Positions 29,135 through 38,020 of a stretch of DNA of 64,000 bases are shown one piece after another (within the stretch, counting starts at the first letter, position 1; the number at the start of each line of letters is the position of its first letter). The notes beneath the pieces are model-generated. The model was not told the origin of the DNA and did no database searches. It was given only the letters and a program-made list of their open reading frames with translations. The position numbers were made by a program, and so were the translations under genes. Source of the stretch: Bacilli bacterium (GTDB lineage Bacteria > Bacillota_I > Bacilli_A > RF39 > UBA660); contig JAFWHR010000001.1 in assembly GCA_017511945.1 (NCBI GenBank), positions 16,654 to 80,653 on the forward strand. The letters run 5' to 3'.

Positions 29135-29689
29135 TTATTGGTCTGTATATTTTGAATCATATAATTCTATGCTTTTATTTTTTTCTTCTAAATCTATTTT
29201 GGGAAGGTCTTTTACTGATTCAATTCCAAAGTAGTCGAGAAACTGATGTGTAACTCCATATAATCTAGGCTTGCCTGGTAGGTCTGATCTTCCCTTTTCT
29301 TCTATTAGATTTTTAAAAACTAACTTCCTTACTAAATGTGCGCTTGAAACTCCTCTTATCTCATCTATTGTTATTCTAGTTACAGGTTCATTATATGCGA
29401 TTATAGCTAATACTTCTAGTGCTGATGGACTTAATTTTTCACTTATCTGTTCATCTACTAGTCTTTTATAATACTCTGCATGTTGTTTTTTTGTTACTAA
29501 TTTATATTTGTCACCATATTTTTTTAATTCTATTCCTCTATCTTCTTTTTGATAATCTTCTTTTAATTCATCTATCAATTTTATAGCTTCATCTTGTTTA
29601 ACAGATAATATATCTGCTATAGAATCTATATCTATTCCCTCTTCACCTGATACAAATAATAATCCTTCTGTTACTGCTTTTAAATTCAT
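29135..29689 (-). CDS. scpB: segregation and condensation protein B
   Basis: 184 aa with tandem winged-helix pattern (LLFVSGEEGIDIDSIADIL and ALEVLAIIAYNEPVTRITIDEIRGV). Confidence 0.85.
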   Translation of the reverse strand: MNLKAVTEGLLFVSGEEGIDIDSIADILSVKQDEAIKLIDELKEDYQKEDRGIELKKYGDKYKLVTKKQHAEYYKRLVDEQISEKLSPSALEVLAIIAYNEPVTRITIDEIRGVSSAHLVRKLVFKNLIEEKGRSDLPGKPRLYGVTHQFLDYFGIESVKDLPKIDLEEKNKSIELYDSKYTDQ

Positions 29690-29691
29690 TT

Positions 29692-30399
29692 TTATTCTCC
29701 TTTATTTGATAGTACTATAGAATCTAATTCACTATCTTGATATATGTTTAATTTGCCATCTTTTGCTAAATTTAATATAGCTAAAAATGTGACTACAACA
29801 TAGCTTTTTTCTCTTTTTTCAAAAAGTTGCTCGAATTTTACCTTTTTGTATTTATTTATCTTTTTAATAATTTCACTTGCTCTTTTGTGAACAGAGTACT
29901 CTTTTTTTGTAACTACTGTGTTTAGTGGCTTTAATGATTCTACTTTTTCATTGAACTTTATGAAAGCATTTACGAGATCATCTAATGTGATATCTTCATC
30001 TATATTTATGTTTTTACTGTGGAACTGTTCTAGCTCGCTTGGAAGTTTATCATAGAATTTTTTTCTCTCTTCTTCCATTCTTTTAAATATACTACTTATT
30101 TCTTTATATTTCTTATATTCAACTAATCTATTAATAAACTCTTCTTTAGGATCTTCTTCATCTTCTGTTTCGTGCGGTAATAGTTCTCTTGATTTTAGAT
30201 GGATTAATTCTGAGGCTACTGTCAAATATTCACTGTCGACATTTAAATCTAGACTTTTTAAATTTTCTATGTATCTTAAATACTGTTCTGTAATATCTGC
30301 TATATTTATGTTAAAAATGTCCATATTTTCTGACTTTATCAGATGTAAGAGTAAATCTAGTGGTCCCTCAAAGTCTGTCGTTTTAAATTTATAATCCAT
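29692..30399 (-). CDS. scpA: segregation and condensation protein A
   Basis: 235 aa. N-terminal FEGPLDLLLHLIKSENMDIF kleisin motif. Adjacent to scpB. Confidence 0.85.
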   Translation of the reverse strand: MDYKFKTTDFEGPLDLLLHLIKSENMDIFNINIADITEQYLRYIENLKSLDLNVDSEYLTVASELIHLKSRELLPHETEDEEDPKEEFINRLVEYKKYKEISSIFKRMEEERKKFYDKLPSELEQFHSKNINIDEDITLDDLVNAFIKFNEKVESLKPLNTVVTKKEYSVHKRASEIIKKINKYKKVKFEQLFEKREKSYVVVTFLAILNLAKDGKLNIYQDSELDSIVLSNKGE

Positions 30400-30723
30400 C
30401 GTAAATCCTCCATCATCATTATATATTTTAATGTAGTAAATTGCAAGATAATAGAAAATAACTGTAAAATTTATTTGTTTTATTAATATTATTAAATAGA
30501 TGTGATTTAATGATAGTTAGAGTATCTTTTTTTCTAATTGGATTTGGTTTTAGCATAATTGGTTTTACTTTTATTATAACTTACCTAAATTTAATTCCAT
30601 TGGGGTATAATTTTTTTGAATATGTAAATTTTATTAGTAAGAGGATCGAATGTTTAATTGGTCCAATAGGACTTTTAATTGTCTTTCTTTCCATTTTTTA
30701 TAAAGGAGATGATTCAGGTAATG

Positions 30724-31359
30724 AATTACATTTATGATGTGATTTTAAATTTTAATAGGTTTTTCTATGATTTTTACGAATGGAATGACAGTGATAAGAT
30801 AGTTCATATTCGTAAAATTCCTTCATTTAAAGTTTCCAGTGATGATCTTTGTTCTCTTAAATATAATAATATTAAAATTGATGATATTTTATATAATAAA
30901 ATTTTTAACAAAACGGAGACATTTAGAAAAAAAGACGTTAAAGGGATTATGTGTAGTTGTATCTTTTCTGATGGTAAAGATATAATTGCGATTAGTTTTG
31001 ACAGTAGGAAAGTTAACTATCTAAAGAGTTCTCTTGGGGTTGATGAAAGTGATGAAATAATGGATATAGTAAAGTATCAAAAAGAAATTAAACTTCCTTA
31101 TAAAGTTATAGACAAAAAAAAACTTTATAGCTTTAAAACTAGATTTGAAATTGAAAATGAAATATTTATGAAAAACGAATTAGATAAAATATACAATAAT
31201 CACGACTACAAAAAATTAAATTATATTTGTTTGGAGTGTTTTGGAAAGACTGATAAAAATTTTGATAGAGCAATTAGTACAATAAAGAAAGAAATTATCA
31301 AAGGAAATGACAATTTCTATAAAATATTTAAAATTTTTAAAATGACAGAGCAAAAATAA
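30724..31359 (+). CDS. hypothetical protein
   Basis: Start uncertain: the ORF track starts at 30679; ATG 30724 (MNYIYDV) lies 12 nt after aaggag. No recognisable motif. Confidence 0.35.
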   Translation, partial: NYIYDVILNFNRFFYDFYEWNDSDKIVHIRKIPSFKVSSDDLCSLKYNNIKIDDILYNKIFNKTETFRKKDVKGIMCSCIFSDGKDIIAISFDSRKVNYLKSSLGVDESDEIMDIVKYQKEIKLPYKVIDKKKLYSFKTRFEIENEIFMKNELDKIYNNHDYKKLNYICLECFGKTDKNFDRAISTIKKEIIKGNDNFYKIFKIFKMTEQK

Positions 31360-31360
31360 T

Positions 31361-32092
31361 TTATCCAATCAATTTAAATATAAACGGTAAAGCAATTATA
31401 AATGCAATTACAATTATACCAATAATTATGATGAATTTTTTAGTTCCTTTTTTGTCTTTTATAAGTTCTTCATCATTTTGAACTGTTTTTTCCTGTACAC
31501 TGCTTTCAGTATTGCCTTGTGCTTTACTTACATTAGACTGTTCTATAGTTTGCGCCTGTGGATTAGGTATAGAATCCTGCTCTTGAACTTGGTTTACTGG
31601 TGCTAGAGTTGGTTCTACCGGTGCTTGAACTACTGGCTGTGGCGCTGGTTCTATTGGCGTTTGAACTACTGGCTGTGGCGCTGGTTCTATTGGCGTTTGA
31701 ACTACTGGCTGTGGCGCTGGTTCTATTGGCGTTTGAACTACTGGCTGTGGCGCTGGTTCTATTGGCGTTTGAACTACTGGCTGTGGTGCTGGTGCTGGTT
31801 CTACTGGCGTTTGAACTACTGGCTGTGGCGCTGGTGCTGGTTCTACTGGTGCTTGAACTACTGGCTCTGGTGCTGGTGCTGGTGCTGGTTCTACTGGCGT
31901 TTGATTTATTGGCTGTTTAGGCACTTGATTTATGTTTTTTTCTGGCTCAACTTGACTTGAAAAATCAAAGCTATAACTTAATCCATTTGTATCGACATTA
32001 ATTGTATTTGCATCTCCTGTATTTATATCAGATTTTCTCTGTTCCATTTTATCCCTCCATATTCTAGAAATATTATAGCAAATTTTTAACAA
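31361..32092 (-). CDS. proline-rich tandem-repeat protein with C-terminal membrane anchor
   Basis: 243 aa. The central region is (PVEPAPAPQPVVQT)n. The C-terminal hydrophobic helix FIIIIGIIVIAFIIALPFIF makes it tail-anchored. The N-terminal 60 aa are non-repetitive. Confidence 0.55.
   Translation of the reverse strand: MLKICYNISRIWRDKMEQRKSDINTGDANTINVDTNGLSYSFDFSSQVEPEKNINQVPKQPINQTPVEPAPAPAPEPVVQAPVEPAPAPQPVVQTPVEPAPAPQPVVQTPIEPAPQPVVQTPIEPAPQPVVQTPIEPAPQPVVQTPIEPAPQPVVQAPVEPTLAPVNQVQEQDSIPNPQAQTIEQSNVSKAQGNTESSVQEKTVQNDEELIKDKKGTKKFIIIIGIIVIAFIIALPFIFKLIG
31620..31900. repeat. perfect 36-bp tandem repeat array inside the proline-rich gene
   Basis: ggcgctggttctattggcgtttgaactactggctgt is repeated at least 4 times exactly, plus several 42-bp variants with an extra gctggt. 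Confidence 0.85.
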
Positions 32093-32142
32093 AAGTCAAA
32101 ATTATTTATAGAATTTTTATTAACCTATTAAAAACAAGAGAA

Positions 32143-33159
32143 TTATTTCTCTTGCTCTTTGTCTCCAAAATTATAGAAATCACGAACTTTTTTATTAACT
32201 TCTTCAAAAAATTCTGGATTTTTTTTCATATATTCCTTAACATTTTCTTTTCCTTGACCTATCTTTTCACCATTATAAGAATACCATGCTCCTGCTTTTT
32301 CAATTACTCCAGCTTCTACTCCTAGATCAACTAGTTCTCCTTCTCTTGATATTCCAGTTCCATACATTATATCTACTTCACATGTTTTAAATGGTGGGGC
32401 CATTTTATTTTTGACTACTTTAACTTTAGTCTTATTTCCAATAATGTCACTTCCTAGTTTAATTTGTTCTCCTCTTCTTATATCCAATCTAATTGAAGAG
32501 TAGAATTTAAGAGCTCTTCCTCCTGTTGTCACTTCTGGATTACCATACATTACTCCAACTTTTTCACGTAATTGGTTTATAAATATAGCAATTGTATTAG
32601 TTTTATTAATTATTCCGGCTAGTTTTCTAAGGGCCTGACTCATAAGTCTCGCTTGCAAGCCAACGTGCGAATCTCCCATTTCCCCTTCTATTTCCGCTTG
32701 TGGTACTAAAGCAGCTACTGAATCAACTACAATTATACTGATTGCTCCACTTCTAACTAATGCCTCTGTTATTTCTAAAGCTTGCTCTCCGTTATCTGGC
32801 TGTGATAATAATAGTTCATCTATATTTACACCTAAGTTTGCTGCATACTGTGGATCTAAAGCATTTTCTGCATCTATAAATGCTGCTTTGCCTCCACTTT
32901 TTTGAGCTTCTGCAATTGCATGAAGCGCAAATGTCGTCTTTCCACTTGACTCAGGTCCATATATCTCTATTATTCTTCCTTTTGGATATCCACCAATTCC
33001 AAGGGATACGTCTAATGCGATACTACCACTCGAAACTACATCTATCTCCCTATTTCCACTATCTCCAAGTTTCATTATAGATCCTTTACCAAACTGTTTT
33101 TCGATGTCTGCTAGTACTTGTTTTAAATTTTGATCACTCGTAGTATTTGATTTTGCCAT
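32143..33159 (-). CDS. recA: recombinase RecA
   Basis: 338 aa. Walker A (GPESSGKTT) and the L1/L2 loop regions. Essentially canonical RecA. Confidence 0.96.
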   Translation of the reverse strand: MAKSNTTSDQNLKQVLADIEKQFGKGSIMKLGDSGNREIDVVSSGSIALDVSLGIGGYPKGRIIEIYGPESSGKTTFALHAIAEAQKSGGKAAFIDAENALDPQYAANLGVNIDELLLSQPDNGEQALEITEALVRSGAISIIVVDSVAALVPQAEIEGEMGDSHVGLQARLMSQALRKLAGIINKTNTIAIFINQLREKVGVMYGNPEVTTGGRALKFYSSIRLDIRRGEQIKLGSDIIGNKTKVKVVKNKMAPPFKTCEVDIMYGTGISREGELVDLGVEAGVIEKAGAWYSYNGEKIGQGKENVKEYMKKNPEFFEEVNKKVRDFYNFGDKEQEK

Positions 33160-33191
33160 TACTGTTCCTCCTTCACTCCTACAATTTAATT

Positions 33192-33596
33192 TTATAACAG
33201 TATTTTTGAAATGTCAATAGTTTTTTCGAACATTTGTTCTTTTTGCTTGAAATAATCACTATATCCTTTATTTGATATGACTTTTGCGGGAGCTCCAGCT
33301 ATTGTTATACTACCCTTAAATGACTTACCAACTACGCTATTAGTTCCAACTACTACATTATCTCCTAGTTCAATGTCTCCGTATATTCTAGATCCAGGAC
33401 CTGCCCATACATTGTCTCCTATCTTAGGTGATTTCATTGATCTACCTATATTTTTACCTATAGTTGTCATTGGATGAATTCTAAAATTTTTGCCTATTTT
33501 ACAGTTGTCATTTATGTATATAGGTCTGGTGTTAATTATACATAGACCTCTATCAATTGTATTAATTGGTATGTGAAAGCCATATTTTATTGACAA
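33192..33596 (-). CDS. hexapeptide-repeat (left-handed beta-helix) acetyltransferase
   Basis: 134 aa with repeated [LIV]G-x4 hexapeptides (IGKNIGR..., [32 protein letters not shown]). Confidence 0.65.
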   Translation of the reverse strand: MSIKYGFHIPINTIDRGLCIINTRPIYINDNCKIGKNFRIHPMTTIGKNIGRSMKSPKIGDNVWAGPGSRIYGDIELGDNVVVGTNSVVGKSFKGSITIAGAPAKVISNKGYSDYFKQKEQMFEKTIDISKILL

Positions 33597-33799
33597 TTTT
33601 CAAATTTAATGTTTAATTTTTTTAAATAAATTTTTCCAGCAATATCTTTTCGACAATTAGTATAATATTCTATTTTTCTAAGAAGTTTTAGATACTTTAA
33701 TATATTTTTTAATTCACGTGTAAACATAGAATAACTGTTATAATAATTATCTTCTTCATATTTTAGTACATCTATATATTGTTTTTTGTCTGTTATCAT
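33587..33799 (-). CDS. small hypothetical protein
   Basis: 70-aa ORF co-directional with and overlapping the acetyltransferase start. No motif recognised. Confidence 0.25.
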   Translation of the reverse strand: MITDKKQYIDVLKYEEDNYYNSYSMFTRELKNILKYLKLLRKIEYYTNCRKDIAGKIYLKKLNIKFENCQ

Positions 33800-33834
33800 T
33801 TATGGCACCTACTTATTATAGAAAAGAGGAATTA

Positions 33835-34437
33835 TTAAATTCCCCCATCTCCAAATATCAATTTTTTATTCATCGTAAAATACTGAACTCCTGAAATAAT
33901 TGACAGTGCACATGCAATTATAAGCATGAAATCAGATACGTGTATATTCCATAGTTCGAATGGCATATCATAGAATAGTGTCAGTACAATTCCTATCATG
34001 AGAGAAGCTGTTTTGAATTTTCCACTTTTGATTGCAGCGATAACTTTTCCTTTAGATCCAGCAACCATTTTTATAGAATCTACTATTGTATCTCTAAGTA
34101 TTATTATCACTGGTATTATGGGGTGAATAAATCCTTGGGCACTTAATATTATAAGTACTGAGTTTACTAGTATTTTATCGGCAATCGCATCCATCATTTT
34201 TCCAAAGTCTGTTATCAAATTATACTTTCTCGCAATTATTCCATCTATGAAATCTGTAAGTGACGCGGCTATAAACAATATGCCGGCGATAATATATCTA
34301 ATATCGATAACTATCGATTCATTTACAAATATTTTTGGCATTTCTATTCCCATTGCGGAGAACGGAAATAGTAAAATGACAATTATTATAATAGTCATAA
34401 TTATTCTAAGCATAGTAAGTTTATTTGGTAAATTCAT
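33835..34437 (-). CDS. pgsA: CDP-diacylglycerol--glycerol-3-phosphate 3-phosphatidyltransferase
   Basis: 200 aa. CDP-alcohol phosphatidyltransferase motif (DFIDGIIARKYNLITDFGKMMDAIADK). Confidence 0.85.
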   Translation of the reverse strand: MNLPNKLTMLRIIMTIIIIVILLFPFSAMGIEMPKIFVNESIVIDIRYIIAGILFIAASLTDFIDGIIARKYNLITDFGKMMDAIADKILVNSVLIILSAQGFIHPIIPVIIILRDTIVDSIKMVAGSKGKVIAAIKSGKFKTASLMIGIVLTLFYDMPFELWNIHVSDFMLIIACALSIISGVQYFTMNKKLIFGDGGI

Positions 34438-34446
34438 ATTTTCCTC

Positions 34447-34914
34447 CTATTTCTTTTCTGTGACTACAGAGCCTTCTTTAAAATCTCCTTTATCGGCGTT
34501 TTCTATCCCTAAAATGAGATATACAATTAGACAAATTAAAATTATCATCACAATATAAAAGGCTATCCAAAATTTTGGATACTTTTTCTTTATATTGGTA
34601 TATGGTGATTTTATTCTCTTCGCATCTGATCGTTCTTTTTTAGCTTTTTTTATATCATTTAATGATAGTCTTGATGTGTAATCAAAGAGATATTCATTAT
34701 ATTCATCAACTAAATCTTCTTTATTTAATCCTAAATATTTTGCATAATCTCTAATGAGATATTTAACATTATATACATCTTTAAAAGCTTCGGAATTTCC
34801 AGATTCTATGTTTTCTATTTCTTTTGATTCAAGTTTTAAGTCATCGGCTACCTCTTCTATTGATACGCCTATACTTTCTCTTGCATCTTTTAGTTTTTCA
34901 CCAATATCTTTCAT
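34447..34914 (-). CDS. RodZ-like XRE-family HTH membrane protein
   Basis: 155 aa. N-terminal HTH (IGEKLKDARESIGVSIEEVADDLKL), a basic linker and one TM helix. Sits in the conserved position upstream of pgsA. Confidence 0.55.
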   Translation of the reverse strand: MKDIGEKLKDARESIGVSIEEVADDLKLESKEIENIESGNSEAFKDVYNVKYLIRDYAKYLGLNKEDLVDEYNEYLFDYTSRLSLNDIKKAKKERSDAKRIKSPYTNIKKKYPKFWIAFYIVMIILICLIVYLILGIENADKGDFKEGSVVTEKK

Positions 34915-34927
34915 TATAATCAGTCCT

Positions 34928-35292
34928 TAATAAATAATATTTTATAAGCCATATTCTGTTCCTTTATAAAAGGCGACAAACATCTATCTACTGATTAAAT
35001 CAGTCCCAAAAGAAGATTCTATATTCTCCTCTTTCGAGTTCCCCTACCATAATTTGGGTTTCTTGCTTGCGGAGTTTACCATCGTTTCACTCTTTTATTT
35101 CTAAAAGCATCGTCACTGCGGCACTTTATACTCATGTAGCCATAGATTACTCCTTAGGCATCAGAGCGTCGTTAGCATTATACTACCCTAGGTTATTTTT
35201 TCCCTAAGCACAATCACTACAGTCATCACAGAACTGTGCAAGTATGGACTTTCCTCTACATTACTAATGAATGCAGCGTTTGTCAAAATATT
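34928..35292 (-). ncRNA. rnpB: RNase P RNA, bacterial type B
   Basis: The minus strand contains the P4 motif GTAGAGGAAAGTCCATACTTGCACAG, the segment AGTGCCGCAGTGACGA, the segment GGTAAACTCCGCAAGCAAGAAACCCAAATTATGGTAGGGGAAC, and ACAGAATATGGCTTATAAAA. These align with B. subtilis RNase P RNA in the correct order. Ends are approximate. Confidence 0.85.
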
Positions 35293-35617
35293 ATCTCTCA
35301 CTTCCGTATACTATCTTTTCTAAACTTGATAGACGTCTTAATAAATCGGCGTTTGAAACATCACTATTTCCTGATTCTCTTAAAACATCTAATTTTGTTC
35401 TAGCATTTCTAACTTCTTGTTTCAACCTGATATTCTCGTCGATTAACGTTTTCTTTTCTTTTTCCAAATCTCTAACTACACTAATCATCTCTTCATAGTC
35501 ACTTATAATTGCATCTAAAAATTTGTCTACTTCTTGTGGTCTATATCCTCTAGTGTCTATTTTAAACTCTTTTTCTAGAATGTCTTTTGGTGTCAATAGT
35601 AACCTCTCTTGAAGCAT
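35291..35617 (-). CDS. gpsB: DivIVA-domain cell cycle protein GpsB
   Basis: 108 aa. N-terminal DivIVA domain (LTPKDILEKEFKIDTRGYRPQEVDKFLD). Size and synteny with rnpB match GpsB. Confidence 0.75.
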   Translation of the reverse strand: MLQERLLLTPKDILEKEFKIDTRGYRPQEVDKFLDAIISDYEEMISVVRDLEKEKKTLIDENIRLKQEVRNARTKLDVLRESGNSDVSNADLLRRLSSLEKIVYGSER

Positions 35618-35725
35618 AAATCATACCCTCTTTCTTTCACACAATAATTTTCTCAAAAATATCAAATTTTGTCAACTGTATAATACTTTACATGTATAGA
35701 AAGGAACTACTTTCTTTGTAGTCCC

Positions 35726-37471
35726 TTATTCTAAAATAGCTTTAATTCTCCTAACTCCTGAAGAAGAAGACTGTTCTTTTTTAATTTTGAAATGGCCTAG
35801 TTTTCCTGTTGACTTTACATGAGGTCCTCCGCAAAGTTCTTTTGAAAAATCTCCTATATAGTAAACTGTTACTATATCTGGATATTTCTCTATGAATCTA
35901 CATTCTGCTCCTGATAGTAATGCTTCTTTTTTACTCATCTGTTTTTTAATTACTGGAATATCTTCTTCAATCCATCTGTTAACTAGGTTTTCAACTTTTA
36001 TCTTCTCTTCATCTGTAAGTTTATGATCACAAGGAAAATCAAATCTGAGTCTTTCTGTATTTATATTACTCCCAAGCTGACAAGATTCATTTCCAATTAC
36101 CTGTTTTAAAGCGGCATTTAAAAGATGGGTTGCTGTATGATATTTTGTCTCTATCTCTGAGTGGCCTAGTAGTCCACCTTTGAACATTCCTTTTGAAGCT
36201 GTTCTAGATTTTTCTTGATGATTTTTAAATCTCTCATGAAAACCTTTTTCATCTACTTTTAGATTTCTCCTTTTTGCCTCTTCTATAGTAAGTTCTATTG
36301 GAAAACCATATGTATCATATAATTTAAAGGCAATATCTCCTGTTATGTCATTACTATGCTTTAATATCTTTTCAAATTCTCTAAGTCCTTTTTCTAAGGT
36401 TTTTGAAAACTTTTGTTTTTCCTCTTTTAATATGTTAAATATGTAATCTCTATCTTTTAATTCTGGATAGTACTTTTCATATTTATCTATAATTATTGAG
36501 GATACTTTTTTATCGTAATCACTGTTTATATCTATTCCTAGTTCTTTTGCATATCTTATAGATCTTCTAATCAGTCTTCTTAATATATACCCTCTATCTG
36601 TATTACTAGGTTTTATCTTAGCTGGATCTGCTGATATGAATGTGGCTGTTCTTATGTGGTCTGCAATTATTCTCATAGCTTTTTCATTACCTTCATAAGG
36701 TTTTGATGATATTTCACATATTAAATCTATGACATCTTTCCAAATAGATGATTGATAGTTATCGTCTACATTTTCTATTACTGATACGATTCTCTCAAGT
36801 CCCATTCCGGTATCGACGTTTTTTTGAGATAGTTCACTAACTTTTCCTTTTTCATCTATGTAATACTCCATAAATACGTTATTCCATATTTCAACCCATC
36901 TATCATCACTTGGATCAAATTTTGATGGTACTTCTTCATCTGATCTAAAATAGAATATCTCTGTATCTGGTCCACATGGTGAGGCATCACCAGCTGACCA
37001 GAAGTTATCTTCTTTTCCAAGATAAGCAATTTTTTCTCTTTTTATTCCTAAGTCCATCCACGTTTTTGCGGATACTTCGTCTTTAGGAATTTTATCATCA
37101 CCTTTAAATACGGTAACCGCTAGTTTTTCTACTGGTATATTTAAAACTTTTGTCAAAAATTCAAAACTGTAACTTATGGATTCTTCTTTAAAATAATCTC
37201 CTAAACTCCAATTTCCTAGCATTTCAAAAAATGTATGATGAGTCTTATCTCCTATTTCCTCTAAGTCTGTCAGTCTAACACATTTTTGATAGTCACATAA
37301 CCTTTTTCCATATGGGTGTTTTTGACCCATTAAATATGGTATTAGTGGCTGCATTCCAGCTGTATTAAAGAGTACTGTTGGGTCATTTTCTGGAACGATT
37401 GGACTACTCGGTATTTGTCTATGTCCTTTATTTTCAAAGTATTTAATATATTCTTCTCTTATGTTCATCAT
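35726..37471 (-). CDS. alaS: alanine--tRNA ligase, compact form (aminoacylation + editing core, no C-Ala)
   Basis: 581 aa. N-terminal class II AlaRS catalytic domain (FNTAGMQPLIPYL, FFEMLGNWSLGDYFK). The C-terminal editing core carries HxxxH (YHTATHLL) and CGGPH. It ends at GVRRIKAILE, i.e. right after the editing domain. Confidence 0.75.
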   Translation of the reverse strand: MMNIREEYIKYFENKGHRQIPSSPIVPENDPTVLFNTAGMQPLIPYLMGQKHPYGKRLCDYQKCVRLTDLEEIGDKTHHTFFEMLGNWSLGDYFKEESISYSFEFLTKVLNIPVEKLAVTVFKGDDKIPKDEVSAKTWMDLGIKREKIAYLGKEDNFWSAGDASPCGPDTEIFYFRSDEEVPSKFDPSDDRWVEIWNNVFMEYYIDEKGKVSELSQKNVDTGMGLERIVSVIENVDDNYQSSIWKDVIDLICEISSKPYEGNEKAMRIIADHIRTATFISADPAKIKPSNTDRGYILRRLIRRSIRYAKELGIDINSDYDKKVSSIIIDKYEKYYPELKDRDYIFNILKEEKQKFSKTLEKGLREFEKILKHSNDITGDIAFKLYDTYGFPIELTIEEAKRRNLKVDEKGFHERFKNHQEKSRTASKGMFKGGLLGHSEIETKYHTATHLLNAALKQVIGNESCQLGSNINTERLRFDFPCDHKLTDEEKIKVENLVNRWIEEDIPVIKKQMSKKEALLSGAECRFIEKYPDIVTVYYIGDFSKELCGGPHVKSTGKLGHFKIKKEQSSSSGVRRIKAILE

Positions 37472-37995
37472 TTCACTTCCTTAAGTATTTTATCTACTTT
37501 TTCTTTTAGTTTTTCTAAAGTACTGTCATTTTCTATTACATAATCGTATTTATCATAGTTTTCCAAAGCTGTTTCTGTAGAATGGTTTTGTTCGTTATTT
37601 GTTAAAGGACTTTTGTAATTTGGTCTATTTACCTTAATGGTATATACATTTTCAAATAATTCTTTTGGAGTATCTATTTCTTTTGGAAATCTGGCATCAC
37701 TTATAGTTATAACATCAAAGTAATAACTGTATACTCTAATATCATCGCACAGTCTTTTAATGAAAAAGTCTTCATCTATATTTTTTCTGATTACTTCTGT
37801 ACCTAATGTCTGAAGTAATTTTCTGGGTTTAGTTTCATCTGAGCCATCCCAATCGCTTATGTTTTTTGCATACATTTTGATGTAACTTCCATATGATAAG
37901 TTTATCACTTTTTTATCCTTATATATTTCTTTTATCATATTTGCGACGGTATCTTTTCCATTTCTAGCTTTACCTGCTATTATAAATATTTTCAT
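37468..37995 (-). CDS. P-loop nucleotide/nucleoside kinase-like protein
   Basis: 175 aa. Walker A (IAGKARNGKDT). Overlaps the alaS start by 4 nt (translational coupling). Confidence 0.5.
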   Translation of the reverse strand: MKIFIIAGKARNGKDTVANMIKEIYKDKKVINLSYGSYIKMYAKNISDWDGSDETKPRKLLQTLGTEVIRKNIDEDFFIKRLCDDIRVYSYYFDVITISDARFPKEIDTPKELFENVYTIKVNRPNYKSPLTNNEQNHSTETALENYDKYDYVIENDSTLEKLKEKVDKILKEVK

Positions 37996-38020
37996 AATAA
38001 TCTTTTCCTTTCAAGAAAAG

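Noticed and set aside
30510-30737. 75-aa hydrophobic plus-strand ORF upstream of the 30724 gene
   Set aside because: It could be a real small membrane protein, but its RBS is weak and it overlaps the next ORF's likely start region. There is insufficient support to call it.
31600-31960. Two plus-strand ORFs (106 and 111 aa, e.g. MNYWLWRWFYW...) with striking repetitive sequence
   Set aside because: They are the antisense reading frames of the 36-bp tandem repeat inside the minus-strand proline-rich gene. They have no RBS and are artefacts of the repeat periodicity.
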